NCBI GenBank assembly: GCA_032718475.1 | Contig: JAUCBJ010004059.1 | Span: forward strand, 1 to 64,000 | Length of the DNA stretch: 64,000 bases | From: Nemertoderma westbladi | Taxonomy: Eukaryota > Animalia > Xenacoelomorpha | Reading direction: 5' to 3' | In this document: piece by piece, positions 1 through 10,864 of the stretch | Layout: each line of letters opens with the position of its first letter | How positions within the stretch are numbered: position 1 is the stretch's first letter | The notes under the pieces: model-generated | What the model was told of the DNA's origin: nothing | The model's database searches: none | Seen by the model: the letters and a program-made list of their open reading frames with translations, nothing else | Made by a program: the position numbers and the translations under genes

Positions 1-8
1 ACCACACA

Positions 9-285
9 AGTAAGTAAGTAAGTAAGTAAGTTTTCTTCGGCCGCTTGGCCAGGGATTACGCACAAAGTCTGACGACTTATTTCCAGTGCGGTCCCCCCAG
101 AACTTTACTCTGCAGAGGAAACTCTAGTACTCATTTAGCTACCACTTAAGGATGCAAGGCAGAGATGAGCCCTGGCTGGTCCCTTTAAAGCATTCGTGCC
201 GAAACGAAAATTGCCCTGGCCCATGTGAGGATCGAACCCACGACCTACAGGAGATGTGAATTCAATGCAACCACTACACCAAGGT
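9..285 (-). mobile_element. tRNA-derived SINE with (TTAC)n tail
   Basis: Minus strand has a Pol III A box TGGTGTAGTGG (281-271), a B box GGTTCGATCC (238-229) and a (TTAC)n tail at 31-9. A second partial copy lies at 59575-59713. Confidence 0.8.
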
Positions 286-1235
286 GGAACACAATTGGCA
301 CACACAATTGGCACACACACAACTTGTCACAAATTACACACACTCGGGTCACTTGTCCGTTAGTCAGTGCCTTCCAGAATGTCACGTTATTATCATGTAT
401 CCTTGGATACTATCAGTGCACTATTTATTCCCTATGCTATTCAATGGGACAAGCTTTCTATTGTTCTTTTAACTCAATTCTAATTCTAGCGTGGTTGTTG
501 CTATGGTGACATTATGCAAAGCTAGCGGTAGAATTAGGGTAATTCCAATGCATACAGATCTGGGATGTTATTTAATAGTAATTCTTTAATGGTCAATGTC
601 CTGTTTTATACATGACTTTATGAATTTTATCGGCTATTGACTATGTTTGGGAGACTTTCGCACACTCATACGCATAATAAGATAAATCTCCGCTCCCTTG
701 ATCTATTAATTAATGGAATTTTGGGAATGTTATAAATTGCGTAAAAATGGCAATTTATTAAATTCATTAAAAGGCATGAATTTAAATTTATTCCCTGAAA
801 TTTTATTATTTGATAATTAAATGGACATATTTTGATTCTAGAACATGTCTGGGGACACAAGATCCTTAATTCTATGACAATTGTCTTTTTAAGAATATCG
901 GTAAATGCTACGATATCTTAATTGACTAGAATTGTTGAAGGATCTGAATTTTACAGATTTTGATTTATTAGATTTGCAAATATTAAATAATTAATATTTG
1001 AGATGGGCACCGATTTATTCCAGAACTTGTCTGGGGACGTTAACCACTGATTCTAGAATTTGTCTTTCAAGTATATCGGTGGGTGCCGCGATATCTTAAT
1101 CGACTAGAATTACAGATGGTCAAAGGGTTTAACAGATTTATTTTGCGTTATACGCTACTGTTAAAGGGACATCACGCTACTATATGTATTATTTAATATA
1201 CGGTATGAGAGCAATATCGCACGAAGCAATGTCAG

Positions 1236-1638
1236 TGTGAAGAGGCAAGTCGTTTCCAAGGTCTACCCAGAGCTTGGTTTAGCCGAGACACGAGGATCTG
1301 AACTTTGCATTCCTAATACTCTGCCTACCAATAATACTTGAATATAGTAGTGGCTTTATTGTACTTTAATAAGTACGGACATTTCATCTTACTGTAGTTA
1401 CGTATTTATAATATAATACGGACAGTAAGGAAAGAGAAAAACACTTGTTTCTCGCCGTCGCACTAAATATAATATAAGTAATTACGTACGCAATAAACAC
1501 GAACTATATTGCACTATTCTACTAAATAATCGCTAAATAATATTCTACTAAATTAAATAAAACGATTATAATAAAATTACATAGTAATACATACATAAAT
1601 ATAAAAATAATAAAATAATATAAAATAATAGAGTCACA
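1236..1638 (-). repeat. Probable 3' LTR of a Bel/Pao retrotransposon
   Basis: Follows the integrase stop and a purine-rich tract (GGAGTGGGCG). It starts TGTGA, ends TCACA and contains an AATAAA on the minus strand. Confidence 0.6.
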
Positions 1639-1656
1639 CGCCCACTCCGAACGATA

Positions 1657-2878
1657 TTAAGTTGGGGAGTCCCTAGATGTCGGTTGGATTAGGGAAGTGG
1701 TCGTGGGAAGAGTTTCTTGCCTTCCATAGTTTCCGGAGAGCTCTCTGTCTCTTTCCAGTAAACATAAACGACCCACTGGGCGGTTGAGCTGTTGAGTCTC
1801 AAAGACTATCCCTGGTTTCTTAAAGTTACGCCGCATGACGACGAGTTCTACTGATCGCACCAAACCATCGCTCGAGATATAAGTCTCGATGATACGTCCT
1901 GTTTGCCATCGCTTACGTGGGAGATCGGGGTCCACAATAAGCACCATGTCTCCAGCGCTGACGTTTTCTTGCTGCGCAAACCACTTAGTTCGAAGTTGTA
2001 GAGTGGGCAGGTAATGTTTCTCGAAATGGTCAGCGAAACGACGGGATAGCAACTGCATAAGTTGCCAGGTTCGACGGCAGTACTCGTCTCCGTCTGTGAT
2101 CTCCGATCGTGGGAGCATGGCTACGGGTTTCTTCAGTAGAAAGTGCGCGGGTGTTAGCGCTTCCAGGGAATCAGGACTTGAAGAGACTGGCATAAGCGGT
2201 CTTTCGTTGAGATAGGCGGCGATTTCCTCCATTAACGTCCGCAATAGTTCGTCGGTGAGATAAGCGCGACAAGGTACAATAAAGTGGAACGCAGTCTTCA
2301 CGCTCCTAATCAATCTCTCCCAACTTCCTCCCCACCAAGGGGCGTCGGCGGCGTTGAAGGTCCAGCTAGACGCTGTTATCTTTAGCTGATCGTCCACCTG
2401 TCTTTTGTTCCAGTCCTTTACGTAAGCTTGAATTTCGTTGTTGGCGCCAATGAAGTTCGTTCCCTTATCCGATCTCATCGTGTTACTGGTTCCGAAGCGA
2501 GCGATCTGTCGTCGTAAACTCAACACGAAGCTGTTGGTGGATAGATCGTTTACCATATCGAGATGGATAGCTCTACAAGTCATACAAACGAAGATGACAC
2601 ACCATCTCTTGACTATAGTCCTGTAGTCCGGGCACGATATACTTCAATAGGGCCAAATAAATCCACACCGGTATTAGTAAAGGGTGGTTCATAGAAGCTT
2701 ACTCTTTCCCTAGGTAATTCTGCCTCTCGCTGTGTTAAAGGCCTACTGAATGCTTTCCTACAGGGTATGCAGTTCCTAAGAACTTGGTTCAGAGCCCTAC
2801 GGGGTTTATAAAAATAGTAGCGAGTTCGAATTTCGCTCAGAACTCGTTCTCTACCAGCATGGTACAGTAGTACCAGAG
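1657..2878 (-). mobile_element. Bel/Pao LTR retrotransposon integrase remnant, with one frameshift near 2620 and truncated by the foldback element
   Basis: Motifs YHAG..C..C, PFTNTGVDLFGP, CRAIHLD, SDKGTNF, APWWGGSWERLIRSVK, LTPAHFL, YLPTLQLRTKW and RPVGRLCLL are typical of Pao integrase plus its C-terminal domain. Confidence 0.9.
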
Positions 2879-5104
2879 GGGTCCTACGAATTACCGCAAA
2901 AGACCGCAAAAGACCAAAAAAGACCGCAAAAGACCGCAAAAGACCACAAAAGACCGCAAAAAACAATAAAAGACCGCAAAAAACCACAAAAGACCGCAAA
3001 AGACCACAAAAGAACAGAGAAGGCATGGATATACTGCAATACGAATTACCGCAAAAGACCGCAAAAGACCGCAAAAGACCACAAAAGACCGCAAAAGACA
3101 GCAAAAGACCGCAAAAGACAGCAAGTGAATGCAAAAGACCACAAAAGAGCACCAAGAAGTGAAAATTTAGTATTAGCGAGTGCCAGGCGCAGTCAGGCAG
3201 TCAGGTCAATGTATAGAAGTTTTGTAGACCTACATTTATGAATCAGACTGTCTGATCTGAAATTATTATACAGTACATTGTCATAATGTATTAATTAGAT
3301 TTTGATACAGTTCAACAATTATTTCACAACTTATTATTGTTTTAGGTTTGCTGGATGGAAATGTGGGGAGGTGGATGGGAATGTGAATGTGGGAATCAAT
3401 AAACGCTGTTGTTACCTACCAATTTAAGGAAAGGAGCGTTACAGCAGCAGCATTCTAACCAAAACAATAAACTATGTTGTTAACGGCACCAACCACAGTA
3501 CAAATTGAGGGAAAGTAGCAGAGGATCGGACAGCCACAGCACAATGATCGGTGAACAAAACAAGCCCAAAACAAACAAGCCAATAAAAACAAAGAAGACA
3601 ATGAGAGAGATGGCAAAAAACAAAATATTGTAGTTAAAAAGTACTGTAAAAGTTTGGTATGGTATGGTCAATGGTCATTATGTGATTACGGGTCTGCCTA
3701 AACACCCAACTACACCCAACTTCAACCCAACTGCATCCAACTTACACCAAACTATACTGTATGGCACCCAACTTCCACAAATTATAATATGTACAGTAAC
3801 AAACTCTGAACTTCTGTGAGGAATTGCTGAGATATGAGCTTTTTAAAAGCTTCATGTACTGTATTTTGCACCCACTGCTGAGCAATTTTTGAAAATACTG
3901 TAACAAACTAACGTTTATATTTATTGCAGGTTGGTTCTAGAATAATTGATAAATTTAACAATAAATATACAAAGTAGAGATAGAGACTATTGGCGAACGA
4001 TCCAGATACCTACAGATGTCGACATATACCATGCACCGAAACTCCAAACTAATGAAGCTACAGTACAAACTAAACTGGCGCTGTGTTAATGTAAAAGGTA
4101 TTGATACACAGGAGGGTCACAGCCTTAACGACGAAATCGCATTGGAAGCTTCTGTTATGGGAATGGCAATGCTATAATTCGTTCAAAATTAATAGACATA
4201 ATATTCAATATTATACAGTATGTTTAATGCAATTATAATTATGTAATTATCCTTTATGTATCATGATACAGTAACGCTTTTAAATAACGTCCTATTGGAT
4301 CCTAATAGGATCCTATTAGGCTCCTAATAGGATCATATTAGGCTCCTAATAGGATCCTATTAGGTTCATAATAGGAATAAAATAACCTTTAGGAAATCAC
4401 TTGGAATTTGCCTAATGCAAGTCTACCTAGAGCGGCTAAATATCAAAGCTTAGAAATGCCTGTCAATCAACCTCCCAGGATAGCTGAAAGTAGTAAAGAG
4501 AGCCGCTTTATCTAGTGGTTGAGTTGTATTTCCCTTCCCCTGACTTATCTTACAACAACAATACTCCCCATAGGCATAGGCTAATGTTAAATATGCGAAG
4601 AACACACTGGCTAACACAACATCTGGACACATTAACATACATGACACATGATAAATTCATTATTCGAATGTTATACAAATTTAGTACTGTACTTTGTATT
4701 TTCTTACCTTTAATACTGTATCAGGGAGCCCAGTATAGGGTTAACTTAAGACCCAAGAAGTCCAATATACAGCGACATATACAGTATATGTAAACTAAGA
4801 TATGTACAACCCATACAGGGAAACACAAAGTGCTTGAATATTTGAATTTATAGTGCCTGAATTTATGTCTCTATAATTAAAAAAAATTTCTTGTTTTTAG
4901 GCCAATGTGAACTTTCCCAGAGTGCCCAGGAAAGTCGAAATAAAATAGGTCAACCTTTGTTTAAAGAGGTGGGTAGGTGGCTCGGTCGTTGGGATGGTAG
5001 GAAGGTGGATGGGAAGATGGGAATGTAGGAAGGTGGATGGGAATGTAGGAAGATGGGAATGTAGGGAGATCGGAATGTGGGAAGATGGGAATGACGTTAT
5101 TTTT

Positions 5105-5353
5105 ACCTACCAATAGAGGGAAAGGAGCAGGTTACAGAGGCGGGCTTTTCTAACCAAAACAATAAACGATATTGTTACCAATTGAGGGATAGGAGCAGGT
5201 AACAGAGGCGGGCTTTTCTAACCAAAACAATAAACGATATTGTTACCAATTGAGGGATAGGAGCAGGTTACAGAGGCGGGCTTTTCTAACCAAAACAATA
5301 AACGATATTGTTACCAATTGAGGGAAAGGAGCAGATTACAGAGGCGGGCTTTT
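5105..5353. repeat. 68-bp tandem repeat, about 3.5 copies, inside the foldback element
   Basis: TAACCAAAACAATAAAC recurs at 5151, 5219 and 5287. The same motif is dispersed at about 3456, 7505, 9850, 9920 and 62560. Confidence 0.85.
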
Positions 5354-6049
5354 GTAAACTGACGGAGATTAAATTTTGCTTTATTTTTACTAATTGCAAT
5401 TGTGCGCTAAGTCTCGCCATGAATGCGTGACTCGTCCCACAGAACATCCAGCTCTCCACACAACTATCACCCAACTACTCTCAACTTTGACTCACTTTCA
5501 CCCAACTACGCTCCACTTCCACCCAACTACATTCAACTTTCATCCAACTACACTTAACTTTCACCACTTTCTCGCACCCTATGTCAGAATTTTTCAAAAT
5601 AAAAAATTATAAAGCAAATTATAAAGTTGCCAAAAACCATACAAATTCTAATATACATCGCTTTTTTGGATGTGGAGTTGTGTAGGCCATACAGTACAAT
5701 ATATCTAATGTTTAGTTCAGAGGCATAACAGGTATTTTTCGTTCTGGAACTGAAATTTGGTGATACACATAATTTTTAAAATTTCGTGACCATGGTTTTC
5801 TGCGATAGTGGGTCGAGCCACGCAGTAAAGGCGAGCCTTAACGCACAATGATAATTAGTAAATAGGGCAAAATTTCATGTACGTGCGTCCGTCTTTCTGT
5901 CTGTCCATCTGTCTTTAATGAAAAATACATTCGTAAATAACTTTTGCAGATTTTAACCATTTTCAACAAAATTTTGTATGGGCGTACTGGAGAAAAAGTT
6001 CCAATATTTTAGAAAGTTACGGGCAAATACCTCTCGAACTTTTGGAATA

Positions 6050-6402
6050 TTGGCATATCCTACTGTACATATACTGTATGTACTAGAGACCACAGGCCGC
6101 GTCTATATGATTACATTGATCAACGTATGCAATTCTCTACCTTAGTGTGATGAATTATTAGTTCCACTAAGATCTGTACTGTATAACGATCTTATTGATT
6201 CTCGTAAAGATCTTGTCCATTCTGGCATATCATTTCTGTACATATACTGTATGTACTAGAGACCACAGGCCGCGTCTATATGATTACATTGATCAACGTA
6301 CGCAATTCTCTACCTTAGTGTGATGAATTATTAGTTCCACTAAGATCTGTACTGTATAACGATCTTATCGATTCTCGTAAAGATCTTGTCCATTCTGGCA
6401 TA
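6050..6402. repeat. 173-bp direct duplication
   Basis: TGTACATATACTGTATGTACTAGAGACC starts at both 6064 and 6237. Confidence 0.9.
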
Positions 6403-8615
6403 TATGTGAATCATAATAAGAATGATAATAATAAGAAAGAATAAGAAGTAATGATAATAAGAAGTGAATCATAAGTTCTTTGCAGAATTTCTCTTGATCT
6501 GTACAGATCTTACCAGATCCCATTTTAGTTTATCAAAAATGTAAAAAGTTATAAAATTATTTCTGTTGTTTTGTTATAAATTATTATCAATTAATATAAA
6601 GGCCATGATTTTTAAAATAAAGCTGCTTAGTTTTTTTCTTGTATTCTATGATACATAAAAGATAATTACATTATTATAATTGCATTAAACATACAGTACT
6701 GTATAATATAGAAATTATTTCCATTAAATTTGTACTTATTATAAACATTGTCATTCCTTACAACAAAAGTTTCCAATGCGATTTCGTCGTTAACAGTGTG
6801 ACCCTCCTGTATATCAATACCGTTTTCATTTCCACCGCAATCCCACAGCGCCAGTTTAGTTTGTACATGTAGCTTCATTACGTTGGGATTTTGGTGAGTG
6901 GTATATGTACTGTAGACATCTGTAGGTATCTGGATCGTTCGCCAATAGTCTCGGTCTCTCCTTTGTATATTTATTGTTAAATTCATCAATTATTCTAGAA
7001 CCAACCTGCAATAAATATAAACGTTAGTTTGTTACAGTATTTTCATAAATTGCTCAGCAGTGGGTGCAAAATACAGTACATGAAGCTTTTAAAAAGCTCA
7101 TATCTCAGCAACTCCTCAAAGAAGTTCAGAGTTTGTTACTGTACATTATTATAATTTGTGGAAGTTGGGTGCTATACAGTATAATTTGGTGTAAGTTGGA
7201 TACAGTTGGGTGTAGTTGGGTGAAAGTTGTGTAGTTGGGCGGAAGTGGGGTGTAGTTGCTGAGTTGGGTGAAAGTTGGGTGTTTGGCAGACCCACAATCA
7301 CATAATGACCATACCATACCAAACTTATACAGTACTTTTTAACTACAATATTTTGTATTTAGCCATCTCGCTCATTGTCTTCTTTGTTTTTATTGGCTTG
7401 TTTGTTTTGGGCTTGTTTTGTTCACCGATCATTGTGCTGTGGCTGTCCGATCCTCTGCTACTTTCCCTCAATTTGTACTGTGGTTGGTACCGTTAACAAC
7501 ATAGTTTATTGTTTTGGTTAGAATGCTGCCGCTGTAACCTGCTCCTTTCCTTAAATTGGTAGGTAACAAAAGCGTTTATTGATGGGGGACTGTATCAAAA
7601 TCTAATTAATACATTATGACAATGTACTGTATAATAATTTCAGATCAGACAGTCTGATTAATAATGTAAGTCTACAAAACTTCTATACATTGACCTGACT
7701 GCGCCTGACACTCGCTAATACTAAATTTTCACTTCTTGGTGCTCTTTTGTGGTCTTTTGCTGTCTTTTGCGGTCTTTTGCTGTCTTTTGCGGTCTTTTGC
7801 GGTCTTTTGTGGTCTTTTGCGGTCTTTTGTGGTAATTCGTCTTGCAGTATATCCATGCCTTCTCTGTTCTTTTGTGGTCTTTTGCAGTCTTTTGTGGTTT
7901 TTTGCGGTTTTTTGCGGTCTTTTGTGGTTTTTTGCGGTCTTTTATGGTCTTTTGCGGTCTTTTGTGGTATTTTGCGGTCTTTTGTGGTCTTTTGCGGTCT
8001 TTTTTGGTCTTTTGCGGTCTTTTGCGGTAATTCGTAGGACCGAGCCAGAGCCACACTCACTGATTGTACATATTGAATGATCCGCTTTTTTGTTTACTAC
8101 CGGTATTTCAGTGTATTTATGCCTGTATGCTGGTTGCAATGCAAATGTTACTGCAGTACTGTCTGAAGGTACTGTCTGACTGTAACACCAAGTGCCTTGA
8201 AATCAGCCTTGGCCTTGGGTTGGGAGTGTCGAGGAGAGTGACTTATCCCAGTATCCATCATTGTCAGATTGTCATACTGCTGTACTGCGGATGTAACCAC
8301 TACACAGCTACACTTCCTGACTTCTGCATGTAGTTCTGTAGTTTGTTAACGACTGTCTGACTGTAGACAATCTGGGAATCTGTACCGGTCCGGTACGTAC
8401 TGACCTCCTGATTTACGTTCTGCAGTTTTCTGGTTGTGTGTAGTTCAGTAGTTAGTAGTCAAGTCAGCCAGTAGTCAGCTGGTCAGGTACCCGTAGTGCA
8501 AATAACTCAAAACTCATACCGGTACTTCTACTACGGCAGTACGTATAGGCTAATTGTCAGATTGTAAGATACAGTACCGGTACCGGTAAGCGTAACGAAC
8601 GAGGGAGAAGTGACA

Positions 8616-9248
8616 ATGTCTTGGTTTATAAAAGTAGCTGAATCTACGACTGAGGATCCGATCGAAATTCCAGGGGAGCCGAGCGGTGAAATCCTCTTAA
8701 ACACACTGACAGCGCAGTTCCCGGGTGCCGTGGGGCTGAAGTACTGGAATGAGGAAACTGGCACATGGCGGGCGATGCGATCAAACGCGGAGGGACAGCT
8801 GTGTCCCGACGAGTTTCAAGGGATGCAGCTGTATATTGTAGTCTTCCCGAAGGAAAATAAGGAGGGGAATAAACGGAAGCTAGCGGCATCCGATTCGGGG
8901 TCGCAAGACGAGACCCCCTCCAAGGTAAAGAAAGTGAATAAAATAAAATGCAACGATCTGATAGTGCTTGGCGTCCCGTATTCTTTTACCGCCGAGGAAA
9001 TGTCTGACTATTTCTCGAAGTTCGGAGAATTGGAATCGTGCGAAATAAAAAACCACCGCAGTGGAGAATCTAAAGGTTTCGGCTTTATCCGATTCAAGGA
9101 GTACGAGGTGCAACGTAAAGTTCTCTCTTCGAAACACCAGCTGGGAAAGAGAAGTTGTGAGGTGAAGTTTCCTAACTCCAAGACCGGCAGTGTTTCTGGC
9201 ATGGCGGGTGATATTACAAAACTCTACCTAGGACAGCTCACAGAGGAT
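8616..9248 (+). CDS. TARDBP: TAR DNA-binding protein 43, exon 1 (N-terminal domain, NLS, RRM1, start of RRM2)
   Basis: MSWFIKVAE...PIEIP...LTAQFPGAVGLKY; bipartite NLS KRK..KVKK; DLIVLGVP; SKGFGFIRF. Donor GAT|GTAAGT at 9249, phase 0. Confidence 0.93.
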
Positions 9249-10864
9249 GTAAGTTTAACTATTTATCTGTTTATTACAAAGAAAATAAATAGGTTTTTCA
9301 ATAGATCCGACTATTGATTGACTATTAATTGGCTACTCTACTATTCAGCTATTATATGCTTATTGCCCTAATTTAGGCTATGCTCTATCATATATCTGCA
9401 TATGCGTGCGGACCCGTGATTATTCCTGTATTCTACCATCCTGCCATTTGTTATCTGCAATCAGAGCCAAATACTAAATACTAAAGGTTTGTAATTTTCC
9501 GTAAAGGTAAAGTAAAATAAAGGTAAAGTAAAAGTAAAATTTTTCGTAAAGGTGATTCGTTACTAAGTTGAGATGGTGATCGAAAAATTGGCCAAAATTG
9601 CACTACGGAATTTATGAATGGACCAATACTGGTAATAGCACTAATAAGTAAGCACTCAGCATTACTGTATTGAAATATAATTATTATATTGAAACCACTG
9701 CGCGACACTAGGTACTGTAGTATTAATACCCTTATGTACTTCCACTCCGTGTAATAAAAAGTTATAGTTCATATCCGTACCTGTGGAATTTTCGTATTGC
9801 AAAAATAAGACTATAAGTATGAAATACCCTATGTTATTGAGATATTGTTTATTGTTTTGGTTAGAAAAGCCCACCACTGTAACCTGCTCCTTTCCGTTAA
9901 TTAAGTAATGGAGATTAGTTTATTGTTTTGGTTAGAAACCACCACCACTGTAACCTGCTTCTTTTGCCACAGGTACGCATATGAATGATAACCTAAGAAA
10001 ATAACAGAATAATAACTAATCTAAAAATACAGTAGCTGTAGGCTACGTTGCATCTTGGGTTGTAGCATTACTGTACCAGTACTGCAGTAGCCGGGTAGCA
10101 TCCAACTAACTGTCCAATGAGACTACATGATTCCAAAAATCCTTTAGAAGGCTTATTATTGGTAGAGTTAAAGAGGCTCCCTCCCAGGATTTAGTCTTAC
10201 GTTTTAAAGACAAGTCCCTAAAAGGTGCCACCCTGCTCCATAGCCTCTATCAAATGATAGAAAGACGCAGTGAATTGATACATTTTTGGCGGTTAATTCA
10301 AATTATCATCTTTCCATTACAAGGTAATTTGTAATTTAAAAAAAACCATGGAAAAATGAACAACTAAGAATTTTAGAATATGTATAGAGAATAAATAATT
10401 GAAAGTAATTTTACATTAACTGGTAAATATATTTTTTATATTTTATCGTAAGTGGAAATCATATGCTGAATTGAATTGAATTGAATTGAACTCTCTTTTT
10501 TATTAAAATTATTAAAATTATAAAAACATATAAGTAACGAAATTAACAATTTAAATACACTGAAATTGGAACCGCAGTAATTATAAATAACCACGACATC
10601 AATAACTACTCACTATCATGTAAAAAAAAACATTTTATGTATTTAATAAAATTAAAAGAAAAAGAGGGGAAGACCACCAAGGCAAATTGCACTTATTGGG
10701 GGTGCTGCGCTGCATCACAAAAAAATTATTATAATGCAAAAACATTGTATTACGTACGCAATGAAATAAAAAAAAAGTTAACTACGATATGTTCATAAAA
10801 AGGACGAAAGTGTATACATACCAAATAGAAAATAAATAAAAATAATCATAATCACGAGTGATAA

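Larger units (their letters stand above)
2880..8041. mobile_element. Foldback/MULE-like non-autonomous element with inverted arms of about 1.4 kb
   Basis: 2880 to about 4270 is the diverged reverse complement of about 6640-8041. Termini are GGTCCTACGAATTACC...GGTAATTCGTAGGACC, with subterminal 10-bp (ACCGCAAAAG)n arrays. Confidence 0.8.

Noticed and set aside
229-285. tRNA gene
   Set aside because: A and B boxes are present but I could not form a convincing cloverleaf, and the sequence continues into a SINE body and tail.
2613-8080. FAVFCGLL and KRPQKT repeat ORFs at 2.9-3.15 kb and 7.7-8.08 kb
   Set aside because: They are translations of the 10-bp subterminal repeats of the foldback element.
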